In this document: positions 9,201 to 17,800 of the stretch, in pieces
How the letters are laid out: the number at the start of each line of letters is the position of its first letter
How positions within the stretch are numbered: the stretch's first letter is position 1
Source of the DNA: an uncultured Burkholderiales bacterium
GTDB lineage: Bacteria > Pseudomonadota > Gammaproteobacteria > Burkholderiales > Usitatibacteraceae
NCBI GenBank assembly: GCA_964617435.1
Contig: CAZTYC010000001.1
Coordinates: 859-38,185 of the forward strand
DNA length: 37,327 bases
Direction: 5' to 3'
The notes under the pieces: model-generated
What the model was told of the DNA's origin: nothing
The model's input: only the letters and a program-made list of their open reading frames with translations
Databases searched by the model: none
Program-made: the position numbers and the translations under genes

Positions 9201-12200
9201 CGGCACAAAGGTAACGCCGGACGGCAGGGTCCCGCTGACCGACAGCACCGGTGGCAGGTTGCCTGTTGCCGTCACGGTAAACGTGCCGTTGGCCAGCACC
9301 GAGAAACTGGTCGCATTCGCGCTGGTGAAGTTGGGTGCCACCAGGGCGGCGGTCGGGGTCGCAAGCACGGGCGGGCTGGAGTCCGGGCCGGTCAATGCGG
9401 CGGCATTGGTCGCCGTCACGGTGCAACTGTATTGGACCCCGTTGGTCAACCCGCCGACGGTGATGGGCGACGTCGCGCTGGTCCCGGAGCCGCTCGGCGA
9501 ACAGGTCGCCGAGTACTGCGTGATCGGGCTGCCGCCGGTGTTCGACGGCGGCGAGAAGGACAGGCTCGCCTGCATCACGCCCGCCACGCCCATGACTCCC
9601 GTGGGCGCACCGGGCGCGACGGCGCTGATGGTCACGTTCTGCGTCACCTGCAGCGCGGCGTTGTAATTGGCGTTGCCGCCCTGGTCGGCAGCGACGGTGC
9701 ACACCCCCGCGGCAACCGGCGTCACGTTCGTGCCCGCCACGGTGCACACGGACGGTGTGAGCGAACTGTAGGTGACCGTCAGGCCGGACGTGCTGCTCGC
9801 CAACGGGCTGACGGGGAAGCCGGCGCCGAAAGGCTGCGGACCGGATTGCGCGCCGAAAGTGATCGACTGCGCGGCCGGCGAGATGGTCACCTGCACGAGC
9901 TGCATGCCGGTGCCCCCCGGGTTGGTGGCCGACACGGTGACGTTGAAGACGCCCGCTTGCCCGGGTGTTCCGCTGATGAGGCCACTTGCGGTGTCGATGG
10001 TTACCCCCGCGCCGAGCGGGCTCGCGCCGTAACTCACCGGGGATTGCGTGGCCGAGATCTGGTAACTGAACGGCTGGCCAAAGACGCCATTGGCGGCCCC
10101 TGGACTGGTAATCGCAGGAGCCGGCGGCGTGGCCACATTGACCGTTACCGTGAAGGCATCGCCCAGCAACAACGGCGAAGAGCGGCGCCCGCGGTAGGTG
10201 AAGCTGTCCATTCCCGCAAAGCCCGGATTGGGCGTGTATGTGATGACCGTTCCGTTGAATGCCGACAAGGTACCGTTGGCCGGCTGGCTGACCACCTGCG
10301 CGGCATCAAACGCGACGCCGCCCAGATACAAGTGTTTCGGCAGGCCGACGTCGATGTCCACCGGCGTCACATATGCGGTGTTGGCGGTGATGGGCGACAG
10401 TTGATCGCGGATGTACTTCGCGATCTCGGAGAGTTCATTTGCGGTAAGCGCCTGGACCGCGCCATCGGCGAGCATCTCCGGCTGCACGGAGCGCACATAG
10501 GCAATGATGTTGCCGGTCGCGCCGGCGGCGTTGAGGCGGCCTGCATTTGGCGTGGCACCATGGCAACCGCTGCAGACCGCATTCCAAAGCACAGTCCCGC
10601 TGCGCAGGGTCGGCGTGGCCATCAGCGCGTTGGACTCCGCCCCCACCCCCTTGGAATTTTGCGCCGCCACCGTGCACGTGTAAGCGGTGTTGTTGGTTAG
10701 CCCTCCGACCACCACGGGTTGCGACGCGCCATTGGCGGTGACGCCGCCGGGATTGCAAGTCCCCCGGTAGCCCGTGACGGCGGCGCCGCCATCGCTGGCG
10801 GGCGGATCGAAGTACAGCCGGATCGTAGAGTCATTGGCCAGTGTGTCATTGAGAGTGGGCGCGCCGGGCGGCACCGCATTAATCGAAATGTTGGCGTTGA
10901 CGGAACTCGCCGCAAAGTAATTTTGGTCTCCCGGCTGCGCCGCGGTCACCGTGCAGATCCCGGCAGAAAGGATCGTGATATTGGTGCCCGCCGCCATGCA
11001 AACGCCGGGGGTGGCCGAGGTGTAGTCGATGGGCAGGCCAGACGTCGCACTGGCCAGCGGGCTGATCGCGAATGAACCGCCCTGGACGAATGGTTGCGCC
11101 GCTTGCGCAGGAAAGGCGATCGATTGCGCCGCCTTGCCGATGACCACGTTTTGCGTCACATCGGCGGCCGCAAGGTAAAGCGCGTTGCCGTCCTGCGACG
11201 CTTCGATGGTGCAGGTGCCCGCGCCGATGATCGTAACCGTCGTGCCGGCCACGCTGCAGGTCGAGGGCGTCAGCGATGCGTAGCCGACCGCGAGTCCGGA
11301 AGATGCCGACGCCGTCGGGCTGATCGCAAAGCTGCCGCCCGGGCTGTAGGTGCGGCTTGCCTGGGCCCCGAACGTGATCGATTGATTTCCCTTGTTGATC
11401 GAGAAACTGCGCGCCACCTGGGAAGCCGGGTTGTAGCTTGCGGTATAGGACAGGGACGCATTCGCTGAATTGGCGTTGATGGTGCAGGTGCCGACGCCAA
11501 CGGTCGTCAAGAGCGTGCCGGACACGGTGCAAACGGGCGACGTCGCGCTGGTGAACACGATGTTCGACGCAGCCAGGGTGCTATTGGGCGTGGCGATGGT
11601 CGCCGCGAGGTTGTAGGTCGGCGAGGCCGTGTACTGCTGGTCCGCAACGGCCGGGAACGTGATGGTGGGGCTGCCCTTTGCGACGCTGAACGACAGCGTC
11701 TGCGTGGGGCACGGCGGCAACGTACCGCACTGCGAATTGTCCGCCTTCAACGTCAATGAGTAGGAACCCACGGATCCGGCCGCCGGAACTCCCCCCAACC
11801 AGGCGAGGCCGGGGGGAATCCTGGCGTTGGTGGCGTTGGTCTGGAACGTCATCCCGGACGGCAGCGACGATGCGTTGGTCAGCACCGCATTGGGACGCGC
11901 CGTGGTGACCACGACGAAGGTCTTCGAGGCTCCCACGTTGAAGGCATACGACGCGGGCGGCAACGTCGCCGCACTTCTGAAGGTCGGTCCAATCGGCGTG
12001 GATATTGGCGTCACCGACGCGGGCGACGAAGGCGGGCTGACCCCGAAACTGTTGCTCGCCGTCACCGTGCACGAATACGCCACGCTGTTGACCAGATTGA
12101 GCACGACAATCGGCGAGTAAACCGTGGTTGAACTTCCCGTCCGCGTTGTTTGGCCGGCTGCCGTGCAGGTTGCCGTGTATGTCACGCCCGGACCATTGCC

Positions 12201-13649
12201 ATTTGCGCCGATCGGGATGGTGGCCCGGGTGTCCCCAGCGACAATGGCCGAGGTAATCAGCGGCTGAAGCGGTGTTTCGGTAAGCGAAATGTCGCCATTG
12301 ACATCCGCCGCAGGATTGAAATTCGCATTGCCGTTCTGCGACGCCTCGATGGTGCAGAGCCCGTTGTCGAGCATGGTGACCGTGTTGCTGGTCGTCCCCG
12401 GCGTGGTGCACACGGTGGGCGTCAACGAGGTGTAGGTCACCGCGAGACCGGACGACGCCGCCACGCCCGTCACGGAGAATGTGCCATTGAGCACGAAGGC
12501 CTTGTCGGACTGCGCCGGGAACGTAATGGACTGGTTGCCCTTGTTGATCGTGATCGAGCGGTTGACTGAAACCGCCGGGTTCCAGTCGCTGTTGCCGGGT
12601 TGCGCCGCGGTGATCGAGCAGTTGCCCACCGACACCATGTTCACCAGGGTGCCGGAGGATGGCTTGGTGCAAACGCCCGTCGAATTGGACGAATACACGA
12701 TGGCCAGTCCGGAGGAGGCGCTGGCCGCCGGACTCAGGCTGAAGGTTCCGCCATTCGAGAAATAGGGCATCACGACTTGCGAACCGAACGTGATGGTCTG
12801 GTTGCCCTTGTTGATCGTGATGCTGCGCGTGACGTCCGGCGCCGCGTTGTAGGTCGAGTTTCCGTTCTGGTTGGCGCGCAACGTGCAAGTGCCGGCGCCC
12901 TGCATGGTCACCGTGGTCCCGCTCACCGTGCAAACCGGCGTGGTATCGGACGTATAGGTGATGGCCAGCCCCGAGGTCGCGCTGGCCAGAGGGCTGACGG
13001 AGAATGTGGCGCCCGGAGAGTAGGTGCGCGGCGAGGTTTGCGCGCCAAACGTGATGGTCTGGTCCAGCTTCGGCACGGTGATGACGAAGTTGGCCGCGTG
13101 ATTCCATTCGACACCAACGCGTGCCGCCGCATACAAGGTGCGCGTGCCACCCACGGCAACGCTGCCGGGCATGGTGAACTTGAAGGAAAAGGTGGTTGCG
13201 CCGGACGCATCGGTGATCCGGTCGTCGGTTGAGTTGTGGGTCAGGTCGTCGTCCGGCTTTTGCAGGTAGATCGACGATTCGCTCAGGTTGTCTGAACTCG
13301 CCGCAATATTGACCCCGGCTTTCGAACTCGCCGCGCCGTTGGTGATACTGATCGTGTACGACCCTTGGGCCCCTGCAGCCAAATTCGCCGGTCCGGAAAT
13401 GGACACGCCCAACGTTGCATTGGGGCTGTGGCACGAACCGCATCCCGCGCCGCCATCCTTGTTGGTGCGCCCGGTGATGCCGCTGGAGTAGGCGTCTGCG
13501 TTTCCAACGGAAAATGCCGTGAGCAAGGCGGCAAGTGCCGCAAAACACCGGGGCACTCCGCTACCGTTGCCGGTTGAAGGCCGGTGATGCGATTCAACAG
13601 CCGCTTCCAACGATGATCCCTTCTGGCGCTTATTGTGGTCTAACGGCAT
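6204..13649 (-). CDS. Giant (2481 aa) secreted multi-domain protein: N-terminal CXXCH module, many two-Cys Ig-like repeats, FN3 domains, two embedded class-I cytochrome-c-like domains, cadherin-like and He_PIG-like Ig domains, and a C-terminal dockerin-like repeat pair
   Basis: The frame is uninterrupted and G/T/S/A/N-rich, typical of adhesins. It has a signal peptide (VPRCFAALAALLTAFSVGNADA) and CGSCH at aa 70-74. Repeats of the form QTITFGAQ...SGL..Y.S.TP.VCTV.G...G.C.I.A.Q.GN..Y recur. FN3-like modules follow the pattern PGAP....F.PP...GGS.I..Y...C. The cytochrome-like segments are LWNAVCSGCHG...MLADGAVQALTANELSEIAKYIRDQ and LWTSVCANCHA...MAISPPVQNLTQSELAAIAVFIRDQ. The C-terminus reads GDVNGTGKVTAADIAAVK...LDINASGTISAADVS. 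A strong SD (GGGGGAGA) precedes the ATG. Confidence 0.9.
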   Translation of the reverse strand: MPLDHNKRQKGSSLEAAVESHHRPSTGNGSGVPRCFAALAALLTAFSVGNADAYSSGITGRTNKDGGAGCGSCHSPNATLGVSISGPANLAAGAQGSYTISITNGAASSKAGVNIAASSDNLSESSIYLQKPDDDLTHNSTDDRITDASGATTFSFKFTMPGSVAVGGTRTLYAAARVGVEWNHAANFVITVPKLDQTITFGAQTSPRTYSPGATFSVSPLASATSGLAITYTSDTTPVCTVSGTTVTMQGAGTCTLRANQNGNSTYNAAPDVTRSITINKGNQTITFGSQVVMPYFSNGGTFSLSPAASASSGLAIVYSSNSTGVCTKPSSGTLVNMVSVGNCSITAAQPGNSDWNPAVSVNRSITINKGNQSITFPAQSDKAFVLNGTFSVTGVAASSGLAVTYTSLTPTVCTTPGTTSNTVTMLDNGLCTIEASQNGNANFNPAADVNGDISLTETPLQPLITSAIVAGDTRATIPIGANGNGPGVTYTATCTAAGQTTRTGSSTTVYSPIVVLNLVNSVAYSCTVTASNSFGVSPPSSPASVTPISTPIGPTFRSAATLPPASYAFNVGASKTFVVVTTARPNAVLTNASSLPSGMTFQTNATNARIPPGLAWLGGVPAAGSVGSYSLTLKADNSQCGTLPPCPTQTLSFSVAKGSPTITFPAVADQQYTASPTYNLAATIATPNSTLAASNIVFTSATSPVCTVSGTLLTTVGVGTCTINANSANASLSYTASYNPASQVARSFSINKGNQSITFGAQASRTYSPGGSFAISPTASASSGLAVGYASLTPSTCSVAGTTVTIIGAGTCTIEASQDGNALYLAAADVTQNVVIGKAAQSIAFPAQAAQPFVQGGSFAISPLASATSGLPIDYTSATPGVCMAAGTNITILSAGICTVTAAQPGDQNYFAASSVNANISINAVPPGAPTLNDTLANDSTIRLYFDPPASDGGAAVTGYRGTCNPGGVTANGASQPVVVGGLTNNTAYTCTVAAQNSKGVGAESNALMATPTLRSGTVLWNAVCSGCHGATPNAGRLNAAGATGNIIAYVRSVQPEMLADGAVQALTANELSEIAKYIRDQLSPITANTAYVTPVDIDVGLPKHLYLGGVAFDAAQVVSQPANGTLSAFNGTVITYTPNPGFAGMDSFTYRGRRSSPLLLGDAFTVTVNVATPPAPAITSPGAANGVFGQPFSYQISATQSPVSYGASPLGAGVTIDTASGLISGTPGQAGVFNVTVSATNPGGTGMQLVQVTISPAAQSITFGAQSGPQPFGAGFPVSPLASSTSGLTVTYSSLTPSVCTVAGTNVTPVAAGVCTVAADQGGNANYNAALQVTQNVTISAVAPGAPTGVMGVAGVMQASLSFSPPSNTGGSPITQYSATCSPSGSGTSATSPITVGGLTNGVQYSCTVTATNAAALTGPDSSPPVLATPTAALVAPNFTSANATSFSVLANGTFTVTATGNLPPVLSVSGTLPSGVTFVPATGVLSGLPASGTANASPYPLTFTATNATGTVMQSFTLTVAKVAQTISFANPGTQSYAQAPIPLAASSSSGLAVTLSSNTPAVCTVSGANLTTVAPGVCSITAAQAGNADYLAANDVTRAFTIAKAGQTITFSAQASPRNFSTTPFALSPVAFATSALPISYSTTTPAVCTMAGNNVNTLSAGVCTIAANQAGDANYNAATQVTQSVTIDAIAPGAPVIGVASGSDMAATLNFTPPSSAGGSAIATYTATCNPGGVTGNNSASPVTVGGLSNGTPYTCSVTATNQAGKTSGPSGSVMVTPTSANGSALWTSVCANCHAASPSGNQLNGAGSTATVLQHVRTAQPLMAISPPVQNLTQSELAAIAVFIRDQLPANAPSTSQNSPVQVDVASHIHLTGQAWSAFTDVEVVTPPTNGMLGTFAGTVATYTPNPGFAGIDSFTYRGKRTSPNVDGDPVQVTITVLPGAPSITSAATANGTFNAPFSYQILATGTPTSFGAAGLPTGLVLDTMTGAISGTAGAGGVFNATISATNAGGTGMAPLTLTIAPAAQTITFASQSPSSQSFVPGGPFPINPLASGGGSGNPVTYSSITSPVCTVSGTTVTMVFGGTCTIAANQAGNANYAAASQATQNVTITPVPPGMPVIGTATPGNAQAQVSFGVPASNGGSAIIDYTVTCTASGQTTRTGTAANGPITVTGLANNVTYSCSVTARNAAAANMGIGPASSALDVTPAAVTVPGAPTIGIPDELDGAASIVFSPPASNGGSAILGYTVTCNPGMKTASAAGSPILVSGLSNGVTYTCSVTAMNSAGTGAASATVDVTPFAPIALDRVESRKQHGGFAGILPLAVGVDVNGAYTVEPRVIGAGHQIVFVFTGSLGGNPGTVSVLDAAGMTYAGINASVVANGSEAVVTLANVPEATRLTVQLTNAGGSVNAAVAVGFLPGDVNGTGKVTAADIAAVKARSGNTPVDASNFKLDINASGTISAADVSTSKARAGRTIP
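6207..6380 (-). other. C-terminal dockerin-like duplicated Ca-binding segment of the giant protein
   Basis: GDVNGTGKVTAADIAAVKARSG...KLDINASGTISAADVSTSKA contains two D.N..G.....D loop-helix repeats, as in type I dockerins. An Ig/cohesin-like module (SRKQHGGFAGILPL...) precedes it. Confidence 0.6.
7010..9074 (-). repeat. Super-repeat copy B of the giant gene (approx. aa 1526-2210)
   Basis: It starts at AKVAQTISFANPG (about 9041-9080) and has the same module order as copy A. Boundaries are approximate. Confidence 0.7.
8250..8264 (-). other. CXXCH motif 3 (CANCH, aa 1796-1800) inside the second cytochrome-c-like domain
   Basis: Reverse complement TGC GCA AAC TGC CAT. It lies exactly 770 codons downstream of motif 2, in the same domain context. 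Confidence 0.65.
9340..11384 (-). repeat. Super-repeat copy A of the giant gene (approx. aa 756-1436): Ig-Ig-FN3-cytochrome c-cadherin-like-He_PIG-Ig-FN3
   Basis: The domain order is colinear with copy B, and the two CXXCH motifs are 2310 nt apart. The copies are diverged at the DNA level (protein-level repeat). Boundaries are approximate. Confidence 0.7.
10560..10574 (-). other. CXXCH motif 2 (CSGCH, aa 1026-1030) inside a class-I cytochrome-c-like domain
   Basis: Reverse complement TGC AGC GGT TGC CAT. A Met-containing segment and an amphipathic LSxxELxxIAxYI helix follow downstream, as in monohaem class I cytochromes c. Confidence 0.65.
13428..13442 (-). other. CXXCH haem-attachment motif 1 (CGSCH, aa 70-74) of the giant protein
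   Basis: The plus strand reads gtggcacgaaccgca, whose reverse complement TGC GGT TCG TGC CAC lies about 18 residues after the predicted signal-peptide cleavage site. Confidence 0.6.
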
Positions 13650-13664
13650 GTCTCCCCCTAGTCA

Positions 13665-13689
13665 GCACGCCCAAGGTTTTGGGGCGTGC
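13665..13689 (-). promoter_or_regulatory. Stable hairpin in the leader, just upstream of the SD of the giant gene
   Basis: GCACGCCCAAGGTTTTGGGGCGTGC forms 10 consecutive Watson-Crick pairs plus one G-U, with a 3-nt loop. It ends 15 nt from the ATG. No U-tract follows on either strand, so it is not a classical terminator. Confidence 0.45.
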
Positions 13690-13951
13690 CAACCCAATGC
13701 CGCAGTCTATTCCCGTGGCATTGCGACAAATAGTGAATTCCGCACCCATCCCGTGAATGCGGGGCGGGGCGCTCCCTGATGATGGAAAGGCTTGACCCTA
13801 GATCTGGAGCGGACTTTCAGCCAAAAATGCCCGGAAAAGCCCGTCTATCAAGGACTTTGACTTTCTTCTTCTGATCTGGCGCGACGCAGACGCGGACTGC
13901 TCAGTGACTCAGCCGCATCGGTCGAGGCGCGGCCTTCCGCCGTGGCATCCC

Positions 13952-14662
13952 CTAGTTTCGGGATTGCGCCGGCGCGCCGTTGCTCAGCGCGCCCCATTCA
14001 CCCGACCGGATCCGCGCCACCGGCACCGGTGGCCCATCCGCCTTGGGACGAAACACGATCACCTCACCCATGTCCATGAACAGCCGGTCCGTTCCGCCAT
14101 TGCCGTTCTGCATATGCCCCACCAGCAGCCGGTTTTTGCCCGGCGGCGGGACCGTGGCGATCAACCGGGCGCGGCCCTCGTGCAAGCGGTGATCCTCGCG
14201 CTTGGGATTCCGATGCAAATCTTCATGCGTTTCCACCGGGGCGACGTCGACCAGCCTGGCGGTTTCCCAGACGCGGCACACTTCGGAGGAGATGACCTTG
14301 TCGAAAGGAATCTCCAGCCGCCGCATTTCCTGGCCGATGCGGCGCGCTTCCTCGCGGCCGGACGCGGTCAGGTTACTTTTGTCGCACGTCGGCGTGACCT
14401 CGCCGGTTTCCGTGTGCCGCAGGTAAAGCACATATCCGCCACGCCGCAACTCCTCCAGCAGGGCCTTGCCGGAGAGTGCGGACGCCTCGTCCACTTGCGG
14501 AATGCGCGGCAGGCCCCCGGGAGGCGTGCCCGAAACTTGCGCCAATGCCTGCATGCCGGGTACCAGGAGTAACCAGCCGACGAGCAAGGTTGCAACGCGG
14601 CGATCGCGCGACCTGGCAGCGCAATGTGTTTCCGTCGAATGGCAATTCGCACGCCTGATCAT
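13952..14662 (-). CDS. Secreted histidine-phosphatase-superfamily protein, paralog 2
   Basis: Starting at Met 14662, the hydrophobic signal region is VATLLVGWLLLVPGMQALAQ. GGYVLYLRHT, SSEVCRVWETAR and VGHMQ follow, and the tail (EVIVFRPKADGPPVPVARIRSGEW) is shared with paralog 1 (EMIVFLPKAGNAVPVARIRREDW). The start codon is uncertain; the listed ORF extends to 14791. Confidence 0.7.
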   Translation of the reverse strand: MIRRANCHSTETHCAARSRDRRVATLLVGWLLLVPGMQALAQVSGTPPGGLPRIPQVDEASALSGKALLEELRRGGYVLYLRHTETGEVTPTCDKSNLTASGREEARRIGQEMRRLEIPFDKVISSEVCRVWETARLVDVAPVETHEDLHRNPKREDHRLHEGRARLIATVPPPGKNRLLVGHMQNGNGGTDRLFMDMGEVIVFRPKADGPPVPVARIRSGEWGALSNGAPAQSRN

Positions 14663-14853
14663 CAGCCAATCCCCTGTTTGCGGGTCAATATGACGTTGGC
14701 ATTTTGGCATCTTCCGGCGTAACATGACGTCGGCCCAACAGGTTGAGAGTTTGCCTGAGTACCTTGTTCCAGGCCATTGATTGCAATACAATTTTTTGCG
14801 CCCCAGATTTCGCGCTCGGCGCGCTCGTTGTCTTCCGGCAAAAAGGGAATCCT

Positions 14854-17800
14854 ATGGCCCCGAGTATTGGCGGCATCTTTTGGCTATGCAGGCAGGTGCG
14901 CTGGACCGCCCTGCTCTTCCTCGTTGCCCTGGCCGCGACCTTGTCATCGCATGAAGCGCGGGCGCAGTCGATCGCCGCCGGTGCCAACATCTGGGCCCCA
15001 TTCAATGCAATGACCAACCCCACCGGCCAAGGGTGTGGCGGCTGCCACGGCACTCCGCCGAGCCTGCCGCAAAAGAACGCGGGCAACGCAGTGGCCGTGT
15101 TCAACGCCGCCATTGCGGCGAATGCCGGTAATTTCATGGGCGCGTACTCGGGCATGAGCGGCACGGATCGCCAGAGCGTCGCGCTCTATATCGGCTCTTC
15201 CGGCGGAGTCACCGAATCGGCAAGCCACTCCGTGACCGTCAACTACGGCAGTTCTGGAAATCTGATCACGCCGCTTAACATCGGCGTGAGCTACACCAGT
15301 GCCAGCATGACCGGCCTCAACGGCGGCACCGTGCAGCAGATCGCCACCACGTCAGGCCCGACGCGCGGCACACTGGCATCGAGCACCCTGACCACCGCTG
15401 GCGCGACGTTCAGCTACAACCACACCGCGACGAATTGCACGGCAGATTCGATTACCTACCAAGGGTCCGGGGTTTCCGGATCGCTGACTCAAGCAAAAAC
15501 GGTCACGATCAACATCACCCCCCCCACCCCGCCGACAATTTCGAACTCGTCGGCAAACATCGCCTACAACTCGTCGATGTCCACCAATATTCCGCTGACC
15601 TTGGGCGGCGGCACGGCGACGTCGCTGATCGTCGGTGCGCTGTCCGGGGGGGCGGGTACGTTGAATGCCACCGGCACCACGCTGACCTACACCGCCAGTG
15701 CCAGCACATATGTGGCCTCCCAGACCGTCAGCGTGCAGGCGGTCGGGCCGTGCGCGACCTCCGCCGCGGCCACCATCACCATCAACGTCGCGGCTCCTCC
15801 GGTGCCGGTGATCACCAGCGCCAACATGGCTTCGGGCGTCGGCGGACAGGCATTCAGCTTCAATGTCACGGCGAGCAATGCGCCCACCGGTTTCGCGGCA
15901 TCCGGTTTGCCCGCGGGTCTGAGCATCAACCCGACGACGGGCGCCATCACCGGAACCCCGTCGGTGTCCGGCATGTTCACCGCCATGGTGACGGCCTCCA
16001 ACGGATCGGGCACAAGCACCGCGCAATCGCTGGCCATCAACGTCACGCTGGCCACGCCGGTGATCACCAGCACGCTCTCCGCGAACGCCACCTCGGGCTC
16101 GCCGTTCACCTACAACATCACCGCAAGCAACCTGCCGGCCAGTTTCAACGCCACCGGGTTGCCGACCGGGCTGATGATCAACACGAGCACCGGGGCGATC
16201 ACCGGGACGCCGGTGGTGGCCATGGCGGGCACCGTGGCGATCACATTGTCGGCCACCAACACTGCGGGGACCGGCACGGCGACGCTGATGCTCAACGTTT
16301 CGCTCAACGCGCCCACCATCACCAGCGCCAACACGGCCAGCGGCAATGTCGGCAGCGCATTCACGTTCAATGTGACCGCAACGGACTTCCCCTCTTCATA
16401 CGGCGCCACGGGATTGCCGGCAGGCTTGTCGATCAACACGATGACCGGGGTGATCTCGGGGACACCCACCTCGGCCGGCGTATCGATGGTCAACCTCACG
16501 GCCACCAACGGAGCGGGCACCGGAATGCAGACGCTCGTGATCACCATCACGCTCCTGCCACCGGTAGTGAGCAGCGGCGCGTCGGTGTCGGGAACGGTCA
16601 CGCAACCGGTGAGTTACCAAATCACGGCCTCGAATTCACCCACGTCCTTTGGTGCGTCCGGGCTGCCCGCAGGGCTGTCCGTCAATGCCATGACCGGCCT
16701 GATCAGCGGCTCACCGACGTCCACCGGGACCACGGTGGTGACTGTCTCCGCCACCAACGCCGCCGGCACGGGCACCAAGGCGGTCACTTTCTCAATCTCC
16801 AATTTCCCGGCGCCCACAATGGCGGGCGCCACGATCCAGGTGCCTTTTGGCGGGACCGGCACCGTGGACTTCTCGCTCTTGTCCGGCGGCAGCAACGTGA
16901 CCAGTTATGTGATCACGCAACCGGCCACCCGAGGCACGATCACCGTCAACGGCAACGTTGCAACTTACACGCCGCAGGCCGGATTCTTCGGCATGGATTC
17001 CTTTGGGGTGACCGCCATGGGCCCCGGCGGAACCTCCCAGCAGGGCCTCATCACGGTGATCGTTGGCACGCCGGCCGCGCCGACCGTCGCGGCGCGCAGC
17101 GTGACGGTGCCCTACAACACGCAAACGGTCATCAGCCTGACCGCCGCAGTCACGGGCGTGGCCACCAGCATTGCCATCACCACGCCTCCCGCCAACGGCA
17201 CGGCCACGGTGAGCGGGCTGACGGTCCTTTACAAGCCGAAGGCGGATTACTTCGGTGACGACAGTTTCGCGTACACCGCCACCGGGCCCGGCGGAACCTC
17301 GATGCCGGCCACCGTTTCCATCACCGTCGCCACGCAGGCGCCATCCGCCTCCGCCGTCAGTTTCGCGGTACCGGCCAACACCGCCACCACGATGGACCTC
17401 AAGCCATTCATCACCGGTTCGGCGATCACCGGGGTGCGGGTCACGGTGGAACCCAAGTTCGGCAAGTCTGCGGTCAATGGCACCAAGGTGGTCTACACGC
17501 CCAATGAGGATTACCTGGGTCCGGACAGCCTTTCCTACATCGCGTTTGGCAATGCCGGCACCTCGGCAGCCGCTGTCGTGACGATCACCGTCATGGGCGA
17601 TCGTCCCAATCCGCTCAAGTCCGGCACGGTGGGCAGCATTGTCAGTTCCCAGGCAGACACCGCCCAACGCAATGCCACGACGACGATCACGACACTCCAG
17701 ACCCGAAACGAGGCCCTGCGGCGTGGGGGCGAGGTGGCCGACGCCAGCCCGGCCCCGCGTGCGCCGCGAGCGCAAGGGAGGGTCGAAACCTCGCTTACCG

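Noticed and set aside
6435-10700. Very long + strand ORF (1421 aa) opposite the giant gene
   Set aside because: The translation is dominated by Arg/Gly/Ala/His runs with no recognisable motifs, as expected from the antisense frame of a high-GC gene. The minus strand encodes coherent Ig/FN3/cytochrome modules over the same span.
8668-13548. Other long minus-strand ORFs inside the giant gene (8668..9747, 10879..11532, 11581..13548)
   Set aside because: They are alternative frames of the same strand, compositionally skewed (Arg/His/Gln/Cys-rich) and motif-free. The 6204..13649 frame explains the whole region.
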